Virus record (IMG/VR): IMGVR_UViG_3300011577_000001
DNA from: a virus
Taxonomy: Duplodnaviria > Caudoviricetes
Length of the DNA: 64,000 nt
Strand: one strand, 5' to 3'
Positions 28,022 through 36,417 of the stretch are shown here, in pieces. Position 1 is the first letter of the stretch. Every line of letters starts with the position of its first letter. The notes below the pieces were generated by a model. The model did no database searches and was not told the origin of the DNA. It saw only the letters and a list, made by a program, of their open reading frames with translations. A program made the translations under genes and the position numbers.

Positions 28022-29278
28022 ATGAGCACCATTATCATTAAGTACCCCGAAGATCCAACGGGGTTGAACCCGAACAACCTGGTGATCAACGAACCCCATG
28101 ACTTGGGGGAGGGACGTAACCGGGCCTTCGTACCGAACTACGGTTCTTACTTCACCGAGTCGATGATCGTCACGGAAGCGACGACGGGGCGTGTCCTGAC
28201 CAAGGGTGTGCACTACATCGCGGCTCAACTGCAACAAGACGCCAGTATGGCCATGGGCAAAGAAATTTGTGCTGTGGTCATCATCACTGATCCACTCGTG
28301 CGTGACTCGCTGCTCTTTACCTACCAAGTGGTGGGTGGGGTGTTCAGTACCTCAGTCTCTGCGTTGAAGAAAATGATCGAAGACCTCGATCTGGACGAGC
28401 GGGCTGTTGAGTGGGGTGCCATCATTGGTAAGCCTACTGCGTTCCCACCGGCTCCTCACCTTCATGATATCGGTGACCTCTACGGTTTCGAATACCTCGT
28501 GGAAGCGTTGGATGCCCTGCGTAACGCAATCTTGATCGGCGACGAAGCTGCTCACGATGAACTGCGTCAGTACATCCAGTACGAAGACGGTTTGCTGCGG
28601 GACAGCATCACGGCTTTGGATGGTCGCTTCCAAGCGCACGCTCAAGACCAAGGAAACCCGCACCAAACCACCAAAGCTCAGGTCGGCTTAGGTTCGGTTG
28701 ACAACTACGAAACTGCTTCGCAACCCGAAGCAGAAGCTGGTGCGTTGAACAACCGCTTCATGACGCCTCTGCGTACAGCACAAGCCATCTCCCAACAAGC
28801 GTTGGAGCCACTGAACGCACACAAAGCGGACCATAGCAACCCACACCAAACCACCAAAGCTCAGGTCGGTTTGAGTCTGGTGGACAACTACGCCACAGCA
28901 ACCCAAACGGAAGCTGAGCTGGGTGCCTTGGGAACACGGTTCATGACTCCGTTGCGTACAGCACAGGCGATCACTACTCAAGCGATCATCCCGCTCAACG
29001 CTCACATCAACGACAAGAACAACCCACACCAAACCACCAAAGCTCAGGTCGGTCTTGGTAACTTGCCGAACGCTATTACTGACAGCCGTTCAGAGAACAA
29101 CCCTGACACCGTGTTAAGCGGTAAAGGGATGTACGACCACACCAAGTCCGGTGACCACGATGATCGTTACGTAAGGGTTAACGCAACGGTAAGTGGTAGC
29201 GTGAAGGTCGAGTCTGGAATTGCCTACGTTTATGTGACCAATACGTGGCAGCAGTTCTGGCCTCCTCTGTGGCAGTAA
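28022..29278 (+). CDS. Tail fibre protein
   Basis: YPEDPTG N-terminus, paralogous to 22218; three NPHQTTKAQVGL units at a 183-bp period. Confidence 0.75.
   Translation: MSTIIIKYPEDPTGLNPNNLVINEPHDLGEGRNRAFVPNYGSYFTESMIVTEATTGRVLTKGVHYIAAQLQQDASMAMGKEICAVVIITDPLVRDSLLFTYQVVGGVFSTSVSALKKMIEDLDLDERAVEWGAIIGKPTAFPPAPHLHDIGDLYGFEYLVEALDALRNAILIGDEAAHDELRQYIQYEDGLLRDSITALDGRFQAHAQDQGNPHQTTKAQVGLGSVDNYETASQPEAEAGALNNRFMTPLRTAQAISQQALEPLNAHKADHSNPHQTTKAQVGLSLVDNYATATQTEAELGALGTRFMTPLRTAQAITTQAIIPLNAHINDKNNPHQTTKAQVGLGNLPNAITDSRSENNPDTVLSGKGMYDHTKSGDHDDRYVRVNATVSGSVKVESGIAYVYVTNTWQQFWPPLWQ
28661..29052 (+). repeat. 183-bp-period intragenic repeat
   Basis: CACCAAACCACCAAAGCTCAGGTCGG identical at 28661, 28844 and 29027. 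Confidence 0.85.
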
Positions 29279-29328
29279 AAAAATAGTCATGGTTCTGATC
29301 TTATAAGAACCCACCGGAGATTGGAGAC

Positions 29329-29835
29329 ATGGTTAAAAGCTTGCAATTTGAGTTAGGTCTGTGTGAAGCTGATTTACACATGGATGCCGTGCTCTCCAGC
29401 CACTATCCGTACGAACAAGGTCAGGTGTGGGTGATTCATCCTTCGGGGTTATCCACCCAAGCCTTGAACGCCATGGACGTAATAAAGTGCGAGGACTGTA
29501 CGATTAAGGTAGAAGGTTACGAGAAGCTCAGTCGTCGTTTGTTTGACGCTGTACAATCAGTTGCCCAAAACCTGAACCACAATGGTCCTGTGACGTGTCA
29601 CCTCTTCCGCTCTCCCAAAGGCGCTGCCAGTTTTCCTGCTCACACTGATCCTGACGACGTGGTGTTGTACATCGTGTCGGGGACCAAGACAATTGAGTTG
29701 GAGGACCGAGTAGCGACTCTGGGTGCGGGAGAGGTCCTTTATTTGCCGCGTGGAACGATCCATAGGGCTGTGAACCATGACGCATCACTGATGCTCAGCA
29801 TCGGTCTTGAACTTTTTACTGTTGAGAAACTATAA
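29329..29835 (+). CDS. JmjC/cupin 2OG-Fe(II) protein hydroxylase (RoxA/NO66-like minimal domain)
   Basis: FPAHTDPDDV (HxD), GTK, GEVLYLPRGTIHRA (distal His). Confidence 0.8.
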   Translation: MVKSLQFELGLCEADLHMDAVLSSHYPYEQGQVWVIHPSGLSTQALNAMDVIKCEDCTIKVEGYEKLSRRLFDAVQSVAQNLNHNGPVTCHLFRSPKGAASFPAHTDPDDVVLYIVSGTKTIELEDRVATLGAGEVLYLPRGTIHRAVNHDASLMLSIGLELFTVEKL

Positions 29836-30876
29836 ATGGCCCACAAAACGATCTACGTTAAAACCACTGGGGCGTGTAACCTCGATTGTAAGCACTGCTT
29901 CACCAACGGTCGAGATGGCGATAAAACGCAGTTTGATCCGGTGGTAGTGGGCGACTGGCTCGAAGACTACATGTCGCGCCATAATCCGAATGACACTTCG
30001 TACCACATGGAGTTCCACGGTGGTGAGCCGTTTCTGGTGCCGCTGGAGAAACTGCAAGTGGTGGCTGATCGTTTCTACGGTCGCCATAACGTGTCTATGT
30101 GTGCCAACAGCAACTTGACGTTTAAGTTGTACCCGGCCCACATCGAGTTCATTAAGAAGTACTTCAACAGTTACATTGGGACCAGTTGGGACCACTGGAT
30201 TCGTTGGAGTAACCAGAAACAATTCGAGTTGTGGAAATCAAACCTTGCGTTGTTGAACTCGCACGGAATTGGTATCAGTTTGAAAGTGTCGGTCTCAAGG
30301 GAACTGATTGCCAGTACGGCAGATTGGTTCATCGACCAGATCGAACAGTTCGGGGTGGACACTGTCGCTTTGGAACGTTTGACCCGAGACGGTAGCGCCG
30401 AAGACAACTCTGCTATCTTCCCGGACAACGAGGAGCAGGACAACTGGTACCTCGCTCTGTACCTGCGCTATAAAGAGCGTAAGCCCAACTTCACCATTCG
30501 GACGCTAGACATCCTTGAGCAGAAGCTTAAGCAAGGTCTGGTGAAAGTAGACACCAACTGCCGCAACTGCGAACAGAACATGGTGACGATGAACTCGAAC
30601 GGTACCCTCGGTTGCTGTCCTAACGTGGCGACCACGCGTGCACACGCTACTCTAGAACAAGGGGTAGACGCATTCTTCAATTCTGATAGCCGTGCCACCG
30701 ACATCGCCGAAGAGCTGACTTGGGGTGACACGTGCCTTACGTGCGACGTGTTCGATTTGTGTGGTGGCGATTGCCATCAACTACCGTGGCAGAAAGGTCG
30801 GTGTGGGGGTTTAAAGAACACCCTGCGGTACCTCTCTGGTCGCAATCTACAGACCAATTTGATATTCAAGGTGTGA
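29836..30876 (+). CDS. Radical SAM/SPASM-domain protein (rSAM-1)
   Basis: CNLDCKHC, FHGGEP, C-terminal CRNC..CCP..CLTCDVFDLCGGDC..C. Confidence 0.92.
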   Translation: MAHKTIYVKTTGACNLDCKHCFTNGRDGDKTQFDPVVVGDWLEDYMSRHNPNDTSYHMEFHGGEPFLVPLEKLQVVADRFYGRHNVSMCANSNLTFKLYPAHIEFIKKYFNSYIGTSWDHWIRWSNQKQFELWKSNLALLNSHGIGISLKVSVSRELIASTADWFIDQIEQFGVDTVALERLTRDGSAEDNSAIFPDNEEQDNWYLALYLRYKERKPNFTIRTLDILEQKLKQGLVKVDTNCRNCEQNMVTMNSNGTLGCCPNVATTRAHATLEQGVDAFFNSDSRATDIAEELTWGDTCLTCDVFDLCGGDCHQLPWQKGRCGGLKNTLRYLSGRNLQTNLIFKV

Positions 30877-30877
30877 T

Positions 30878-31561
30878 ATGGGTAACATTACCAAGGCTGA
30901 CATTGTCGCCGCCGTCAACACCCGCTTCCGCGATAAAGCTAACGCTGGTATCGTTTGGGGTACAAACACGTATCCTGCCTACGGTTTAGCGTCGTGGTTC
31001 AAAGGAACAACCGCTGGAGTGACAGACTCATTCACCGTGGCTGACATTCCAAACGTGAACCCGAAAGCCGCCGAAGTGGTTGCTGCACTGCAAACCTTTG
31101 TGAACAAGTTTGCGTTTGTTCGTAAAGCACGCATCACCATCTACTACTCCACAGACTACGGTCGCTATCTGGAGACTGACAAAACCGCGATTGGTTACAT
31201 GGCTGACAGCGCTGGTGACATTGCTTCGGTAGTGTCGCTACCAGAGATCTCCAAAGACGCTGTGTTGAGTTTGACCAAGTTCAACGACGCCGTGGACCGT
31301 CTGTATGACAACTACGTGGCGCAGTGTCGCAACGTCGCTCTGGAAAAGAGCAGCAGTCACTGTCACACCAGTTGCCACTCGAGCTGTCACTCCAACGTGC
31401 CGGTCTGCCACTCGAGCTGTCACAGTAACGTGCCGGTCTGCCACTCGAGCTGTCACAGTAACGTTGTTTGTCACAGTAGCTGTCATGACAGTTGCCACAG
31501 TAACGTTGTTTGTCACAGTAGCTGTCATGACAGTTGCCACTCCGCCCGTGGTCGTCGTTAA
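30878..31561 (+). CDS. Cys/His-repeat protein, putative substrate of the rSAM/oxygenase cluster
   Basis: ~160-aa N-domain, then 13 C-H-x-[S/N/A] units and terminal RGRR; starts 1 bp after rSAM-1. Confidence 0.8.
   Translation: MGNITKADIVAAVNTRFRDKANAGIVWGTNTYPAYGLASWFKGTTAGVTDSFTVADIPNVNPKAAEVVAALQTFVNKFAFVRKARITIYYSTDYGRYLETDKTAIGYMADSAGDIASVVSLPEISKDAVLSLTKFNDAVDRLYDNYVAQCRNVALEKSSSHCHTSCHSSCHSNVPVCHSSCHSNVPVCHSSCHSNVVCHSSCHDSCHSNVVCHSSCHDSCHSARGRR
31361..31540 (+). repeat. Nested in-frame tandem repeats (33-bp and 42-bp units)
   Basis: Near-identical 33-bp unit at 31373 and 31406, partial at 31439; exact 42-bp duplication 31454-31495 / 31496-31537. Confidence 0.9.
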
Positions 31562-31575
31562 TTCGGAGTATCCCC

Positions 31576-32307
31576 GTGGAAACCATTTACACTACCGCCC
31601 CGATCTCGCTACCTGACCTCAAACGTAAGTTCACCGAAGACGTTGAGTTCGTCATCGACTACGACAACAGCAAGTTCAAAGGAAAGATCCTGATTACCTA
31701 CCTCAGTAACTTGGACATCAAGTGCAAGCTGGAGATCAAGGACCCTGACCAAGCACTGGCCTTGCTGGAAGAGTACCTGAACATCCCGACGCTGGTGAGT
31801 GTGTTCGACCTGGAAGACTTGGCGATCAACGTATTGCTCGAGTACCAAGGTAAACCGAACAAGCTCAACATTGAAGTAGGCGACTTCATCGAGCGCAACA
31901 AAACCGCGCTGGAGCGTTGGGTACGTCGGGTTAACTCGCTGTTGTTGTACACCTTGTACATCAACGATCAGTTCCGTCCGATGGTTGAGGAGTTCCCCCA
32001 AGACCTCGATGACGGGGTAGTGGGAATCAACTTCGTACACCTGATCAAACACGAACTGTTCCCGGTGTTGCTGGAGAACATTCAACCGTCGTTGATTACG
32101 TGGAACAAAACGTTCTTCAACGACTACGTGTTCGCCGGTAACAACCTGTTCACCTACTTCGCAGTGAAAGAGAACCCGCTGTTCTTGGGTCTGTTGTGCG
32201 GTCTGGACGGTCAACGAAGCGAACTATCCATCATCCCGTCGATGGAGACGGTCGAACAAGCCTGCGTAACACGCATCAAGGAGATCGCTCATGTTTCATC
32301 TGTTTAA
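31576..32307 (+). CDS. Hypothetical protein of the rSAM cluster
   Basis: GGAG RBS then GTG at 31576; overlaps the next gene. Confidence 0.75.
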   Translation: METIYTTAPISLPDLKRKFTEDVEFVIDYDNSKFKGKILITYLSNLDIKCKLEIKDPDQALALLEEYLNIPTLVSVFDLEDLAINVLLEYQGKPNKLNIEVGDFIERNKTALERWVRRVNSLLLYTLYINDQFRPMVEEFPQDLDDGVVGINFVHLIKHELFPVLLENIQPSLITWNKTFFNDYVFAGNNLFTYFAVKENPLFLGLLCGLDGQRSELSIIPSMETVEQACVTRIKEIAHVSSV

Positions 32308-33346
32308 CTCAGTCTACGTTGATACCGAACGTCGACTGGATCGCCGGTACGATCACATCACGATCTCCCCTACGATCGGTTACGAGTACGTCCACTTCGA
32401 CAAGTATGACAAGATCGGTCAGCAACTGTGGTACTCCACCACGCTCGACCACCTGGACCCGACCACGTTTGAGTACGTGTTCAACCAAGCGTTGCTGTCG
32501 GACAAGAAAACCTTCGTCTACTGCGACAACGAAACCTACCTGCGTCTGTACGGCATGTTGGTTAAAGCGGTGTTCCCAAGCGTCGATCTGGAAACCTTCC
32601 GCTGGATTCTGCTCTGTAAGAAAGCCACGTTTAACACCACGCTGACCAAGTACGGTGTGACAGACAACAACGCTTTCACCGGGGTGGACATCAACACAGC
32701 GGTCATCGACAAACTGTTTGCGTACAAAGACGCTAACCAGAAAGCGATGGAGAAAGTGGTTCGTGCTAATCCAGAAGCGCTGTCGCTGGAATGGCGTGTG
32801 GCTCGTCTGGTAGCGACTGGCGAAGTCGGTTCACTGCCGAAGACCCTACTGAACATCCTGCGTCGCATTGCGTTGGCCAACACTCACGATGTACTCGACG
32901 TTTGGGGTCGGATGATCACTGACCCGGCTAACTGGGACTACGCAGGCTGCGACATGCAAACCCTACTCGACGCCCCAACCGTGTTCCAAGGAGCGGTAGG
33001 TTTCAACTTCACCAACAACCCGGTGTTCTTGAAGCCTGGTCTGTTTGAACTCAAACCGTCGGAGTCGTGGATCTTCGGTCTGCTGGAAGAGATGATCCCA
33101 TTACTCGAACACTGCGATGAAGGCCCAACTGCTGGGCGTAGTCGTCTGGTGTTGGAACTGCTGCGTAACGGTGGTGACTGGGAAGATCCAGAGAACTGCC
33201 TGAAGAACGTCCACACGATGTTCCGGGGTCCGAAGCGTCTGGCACTACCAAACCGCGACACCGGTAAGTACGACGAAAACCTGCTCCGCTATCTGCTGGG
33301 TCGTGACCCCAGCGAACTGCACGAGTGTTTCCAAGAGAAAGATTAA
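32291..33346 (+). CDS. Hypothetical protein of the rSAM cluster
   Basis: AAGGAG RBS, 351 aa, abuts rSAM-2. Confidence 0.8.
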   Translation: MFHLFNSVYVDTERRLDRRYDHITISPTIGYEYVHFDKYDKIGQQLWYSTTLDHLDPTTFEYVFNQALLSDKKTFVYCDNETYLRLYGMLVKAVFPSVDLETFRWILLCKKATFNTTLTKYGVTDNNAFTGVDINTAVIDKLFAYKDANQKAMEKVVRANPEALSLEWRVARLVATGEVGSLPKTLLNILRRIALANTHDVLDVWGRMITDPANWDYAGCDMQTLLDAPTVFQGAVGFNFTNNPVFLKPGLFELKPSESWIFGLLEEMIPLLEHCDEGPTAGRSRLVLELLRNGGDWEDPENCLKNVHTMFRGPKRLALPNRDTGKYDENLLRYLLGRDPSELHECFQEKD

Positions 33347-34354
33347 ATGAACCTGATACCGCTAGTTGACATCCTCGAAGAGAAGAAAGGGAACACCAAA
33401 GAGGCACACTTGATTTTCTTTGAGAAGTGTAACTTGCGGTGTTCGTTCTGTCACCAAGACCACGATTCCGAAGTGGGACTGTCTGCGGACGAGATCCTTG
33501 AAAAGGTCAATACCCTGATCGAGGTGAGCGACCCTGAAGTCCCAATCGTGATCAACCTCACCGGTGGGGAGTTGTTCTCGGACAATATCCCTGACTGGAT
33601 GTTCGGCTACTACTTGATGGCGGGACAGTTGTTGCTCCGTCATTTTAAGCGAGCGAAGTTGGTCTGGGGGACGAACTTGGTTTACAGCGATCTCTTCCGC
33701 GTGATGCGGTTGATGACGATGCTCAAGGCTGAGGCATCCAAAGACCAGAACGTGTGTCTGGCAACGTCCTACGATCCAGCAGGGCGTTTCACTGCGGGTA
33801 ACCGGGATCTGTTTCTGCGCAGTCTCATGGTGGTTAAGCCCTACGTAGAAACAGTGAACGTGGTGATCACTCGCCAGAACATCCAACTGTTCCTGACAGG
33901 TAATGAAGGCAAAGAGTTTGAGTGGTTGTGTAGCAACTTCGACGTGTACTTTGACCACTACATTCCCTCGGAGCGGTACGAAGAGCACCAGCCTACAGAG
34001 TCGGCTATCAGTCAGCTCTATCTGACGCTCGACAAGAAGTATCCCAACTCCTACCCCATCAAAGCATGGAAGGAGAATCGGTTCAATGACACGACCTGTC
34101 GCTCCACGAAGATCATCAACAAGGATGGTGTCGTGACGACGTGTTGGTCAGAAGCCGGTAAAGATGCCATCCTCGATGAAGGGGCTGGTCTGAAGGCTAA
34201 GCACGAGGCGGAAGAACGCTTCTTAAACCACTATGGTTGTTTGGCCTGTGAGTACTATCAACGGTGTGGCTTGCGGTGTTTCTTGCACCACAGCTTCGTT
34301 GAGACGGACTCTAAGGAATGCCAAATCAAAGTGATGTTTGACCAAATCCTGTAG
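33347..34354 (+). CDS. Radical SAM protein with C-terminal Cys cluster (rSAM-2)
   Basis: CNLRCSFC, LTGGELF, CLACEYYQRCGLRC..C. Confidence 0.9.
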   Translation: MNLIPLVDILEEKKGNTKEAHLIFFEKCNLRCSFCHQDHDSEVGLSADEILEKVNTLIEVSDPEVPIVINLTGGELFSDNIPDWMFGYYLMAGQLLLRHFKRAKLVWGTNLVYSDLFRVMRLMTMLKAEASKDQNVCLATSYDPAGRFTAGNRDLFLRSLMVVKPYVETVNVVITRQNIQLFLTGNEGKEFEWLCSNFDVYFDHYIPSERYEEHQPTESAISQLYLTLDKKYPNSYPIKAWKENRFNDTTCRSTKIINKDGVVTTCWSEAGKDAILDEGAGLKAKHEAEERFLNHYGCLACEYYQRCGLRCFLHHSFVETDSKECQIKVMFDQIL

Positions 34355-34375
34355 CCTCGTATTAAGGACACTCCC

Positions 34376-35464
34376 GTGGATCTGATTATCAAACCAACCG
34401 TGAAGTGTAACTTCAAGTGCACCTTCTGCTCCAGTACCCACCTTTCGGAAGACCCGAAGGAGATTGTGGAACTGGAAGCGATCGAGCGGTTCATCAAACG
34501 TTTTCCAGAAACCCGTACGCTGATCATCAACGGTGGCGATCCACTGATGATGCCTCCTAGCTACTACTGGAAGATCATCGAGATCTTGGACCGACTGGGG
34601 TCTGAGGCGTGCATCTCGTTTACCACTAACCTCTGGGCGTTCTACAAGAAGCCTGAGATGTGGGTGGAGTTGTTCCGACATCCTCGTGTGGGTGTGGGGA
34701 CGTCTTTCCAGTACGGCAATGCTCGCTTGAAAGGCGACGGTACACCATTCACAGAAGAAGAGTTCTTGAAGATCTCGGACATGATGTTGGAGATGGTCGG
34801 TCATCGTCCAGACTTCATCAGCGTGATCGACGAAGAGAACGTTCACACCGTGCTCGATACCGTGCGACTGGCTAAGCGTCTGGGACTGGTGGCTAAGATC
34901 AACTATGTCAGTGCCTCTGGACCTGAAGTGGTGAACCGTGGTGTGACTATGGGTAGCTGGAACCGCATGTACACCCAAGCGGACATCTACGAGAAATACA
35001 TCGAGATCTACGATGCAGGTTTGGGTGAGTGGGAATATAACACGCAGCAAATGACCAAGCGTCTGCGCAACGGTCAGACTACGTGTCCGCTGTCCCGGAC
35101 GTGCGACAGTGGTATCCGTGCGTTGCAGCCGGGTGAGAACTACTACTCCTGTGGTAGCTTCGGGGACGACGGGGAATACCCGATCGACTTCGACCGTGAA
35201 ATGAAAGGTGAATTCTTCACACCTTTGCAGAACCAGATCGAACTGCACTCGATGAAAGAGAGTTGCAATATCTGCCCGATGTTTATCATCTGTAATGGCT
35301 GCAAGAAAACCATTGCGGACACCAAACGTCTGGGTCAGGTTGAACGTCACTGTAAGAAGATGAAGTCACTGGCACCACGCATCATTGAAATCAATGGCAT
35401 GACGGGCGTTCTCGAACCTACACCGTACGAAGACGAATCGTTGCCCCTGATCGCTAAGGGATAA
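34376..35464 (+). CDS. Radical SAM/SPASM-domain protein (rSAM-3)
   Basis: IKPTVKCNFKCTFC, NGGDPL, CPLSRTC..C..CNICPMFIICNGC..HC. Confidence 0.92.
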   Translation: MDLIIKPTVKCNFKCTFCSSTHLSEDPKEIVELEAIERFIKRFPETRTLIINGGDPLMMPPSYYWKIIEILDRLGSEACISFTTNLWAFYKKPEMWVELFRHPRVGVGTSFQYGNARLKGDGTPFTEEEFLKISDMMLEMVGHRPDFISVIDEENVHTVLDTVRLAKRLGLVAKINYVSASGPEVVNRGVTMGSWNRMYTQADIYEKYIEIYDAGLGEWEYNTQQMTKRLRNGQTTCPLSRTCDSGIRALQPGENYYSCGSFGDDGEYPIDFDREMKGEFFTPLQNQIELHSMKESCNICPMFIICNGCKKTIADTKRLGQVERHCKKMKSLAPRIIEINGMTGVLEPTPYEDESLPLIAKG

Positions 35465-35469
35465 CTTGT

Positions 35470-36417
35470 ATGAAACCCCCTCTTAATCTTTCGATCAACT
35501 GCTGGTACTATTGTAACTTCAGTTGTTCGTTCTGTTACCTCACCCCGGAGCAGTTGAATGATCGACAACTCTTGCCTCTGGAGGTGTTGGAGCAGCGTGT
35601 GGACGAGGTGATGACGCAGTATCGCATCAACCACGTTGACATCTATGGAGGGGAAGTTCTACTCTTGCCACCTGAGTACCTACAAGCGGTGAAGGGGATC
35701 TTCCATGCTCGTGGGGTGGACGACATCGTGTTGGTGACAAACCTCTCGGTGGTGAATGAAGCAGCACTGGATGAAGACTTCGAACTGTCGGTGTCATATG
35801 ACGGCTTGGCACGTGAGAAGTCAGAACTGGTGTTCACCAACATGTTGATGCTTACGCGACAGTTCACAATCCTCTCGCTCTGTGGGCGGGAGTTTCTGGA
35901 CAAGGTCTCAGTCGATGACTACGTACAAACGTTGAACCTGCTGGGTCACCTGAAATGCGTGGAGATCAAACCGTACAGCTCCAACCAAGCCAACAACCAT
36001 CCCGTGACCAATCGGGAGTTCGAGGAGTTTGTGTGGGCGGTGCTGTCTCACCCGGAACGTAACTTCTACATGGAGAACGAAACCCTGATCAAACAAGCGG
36101 TCGCAGGGATTCGTAATTCATTCAGCGATGACCACATCTACATCACCCCGAGTGGGGAATTTGCGGTGCTGGAGTTCGACCAAGCTGAGCGGGAGTACTT
36201 CCTGCCGGTGGACGGATTGGCTGGCTACCAAGCATGGTGTGAAGCTGAGAAGCAACGGGTGACTACCAACCCATTCTGTGCCAGTTGTGAATTTCTAGGC
36301 ACGTGTCTATCAGAACACTTACGCGACGTGAAATCCATGGACAACTCGTGTAACGGGTTTAAGGGATTGTTGTTGCGGTGGGAGGAAGAATGTTCGTCCG
36401 GCATCGGCAACGACTAG
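35470..36417 (+). CDS. Radical SAM protein with C-terminal Cys cluster (rSAM-4)
   Basis: CNFSCSFC, YGGEVL, VTNLS, CASCEFLGTCLSEH..SCNG. Confidence 0.9.
   Translation: MKPPLNLSINCWYYCNFSCSFCYLTPEQLNDRQLLPLEVLEQRVDEVMTQYRINHVDIYGGEVLLLPPEYLQAVKGIFHARGVDDIVLVTNLSVVNEAALDEDFELSVSYDGLAREKSELVFTNMLMLTRQFTILSLCGREFLDKVSVDDYVQTLNLLGHLKCVEIKPYSSNQANNHPVTNREFEEFVWAVLSHPERNFYMENETLIKQAVAGIRNSFSDDHIYITPSGEFAVLEFDQAEREYFLPVDGLAGYQAWCEAEKQRVTTNPFCASCEFLGTCLSEHLRDVKSMDNSCNGFKGLLLRWEEECSSGIGND

Noticed and set aside
31361-31540. Tandem repeats as a possible CRISPR array
   Set aside because: Units are contiguous, in frame and lack unique spacers; no cas genes nearby.
31238-31616. Alternative-frame repetitive ORFs (VTVTARVA..., CHDSYCDK..., RAVTVT...)
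   Set aside because: Frame by-products of the repeat in 30878-31561, which is the frame coupled to its neighbours. The minus-strand Cys-rich reading reflects near-palindromic codons and has no evident RBS.
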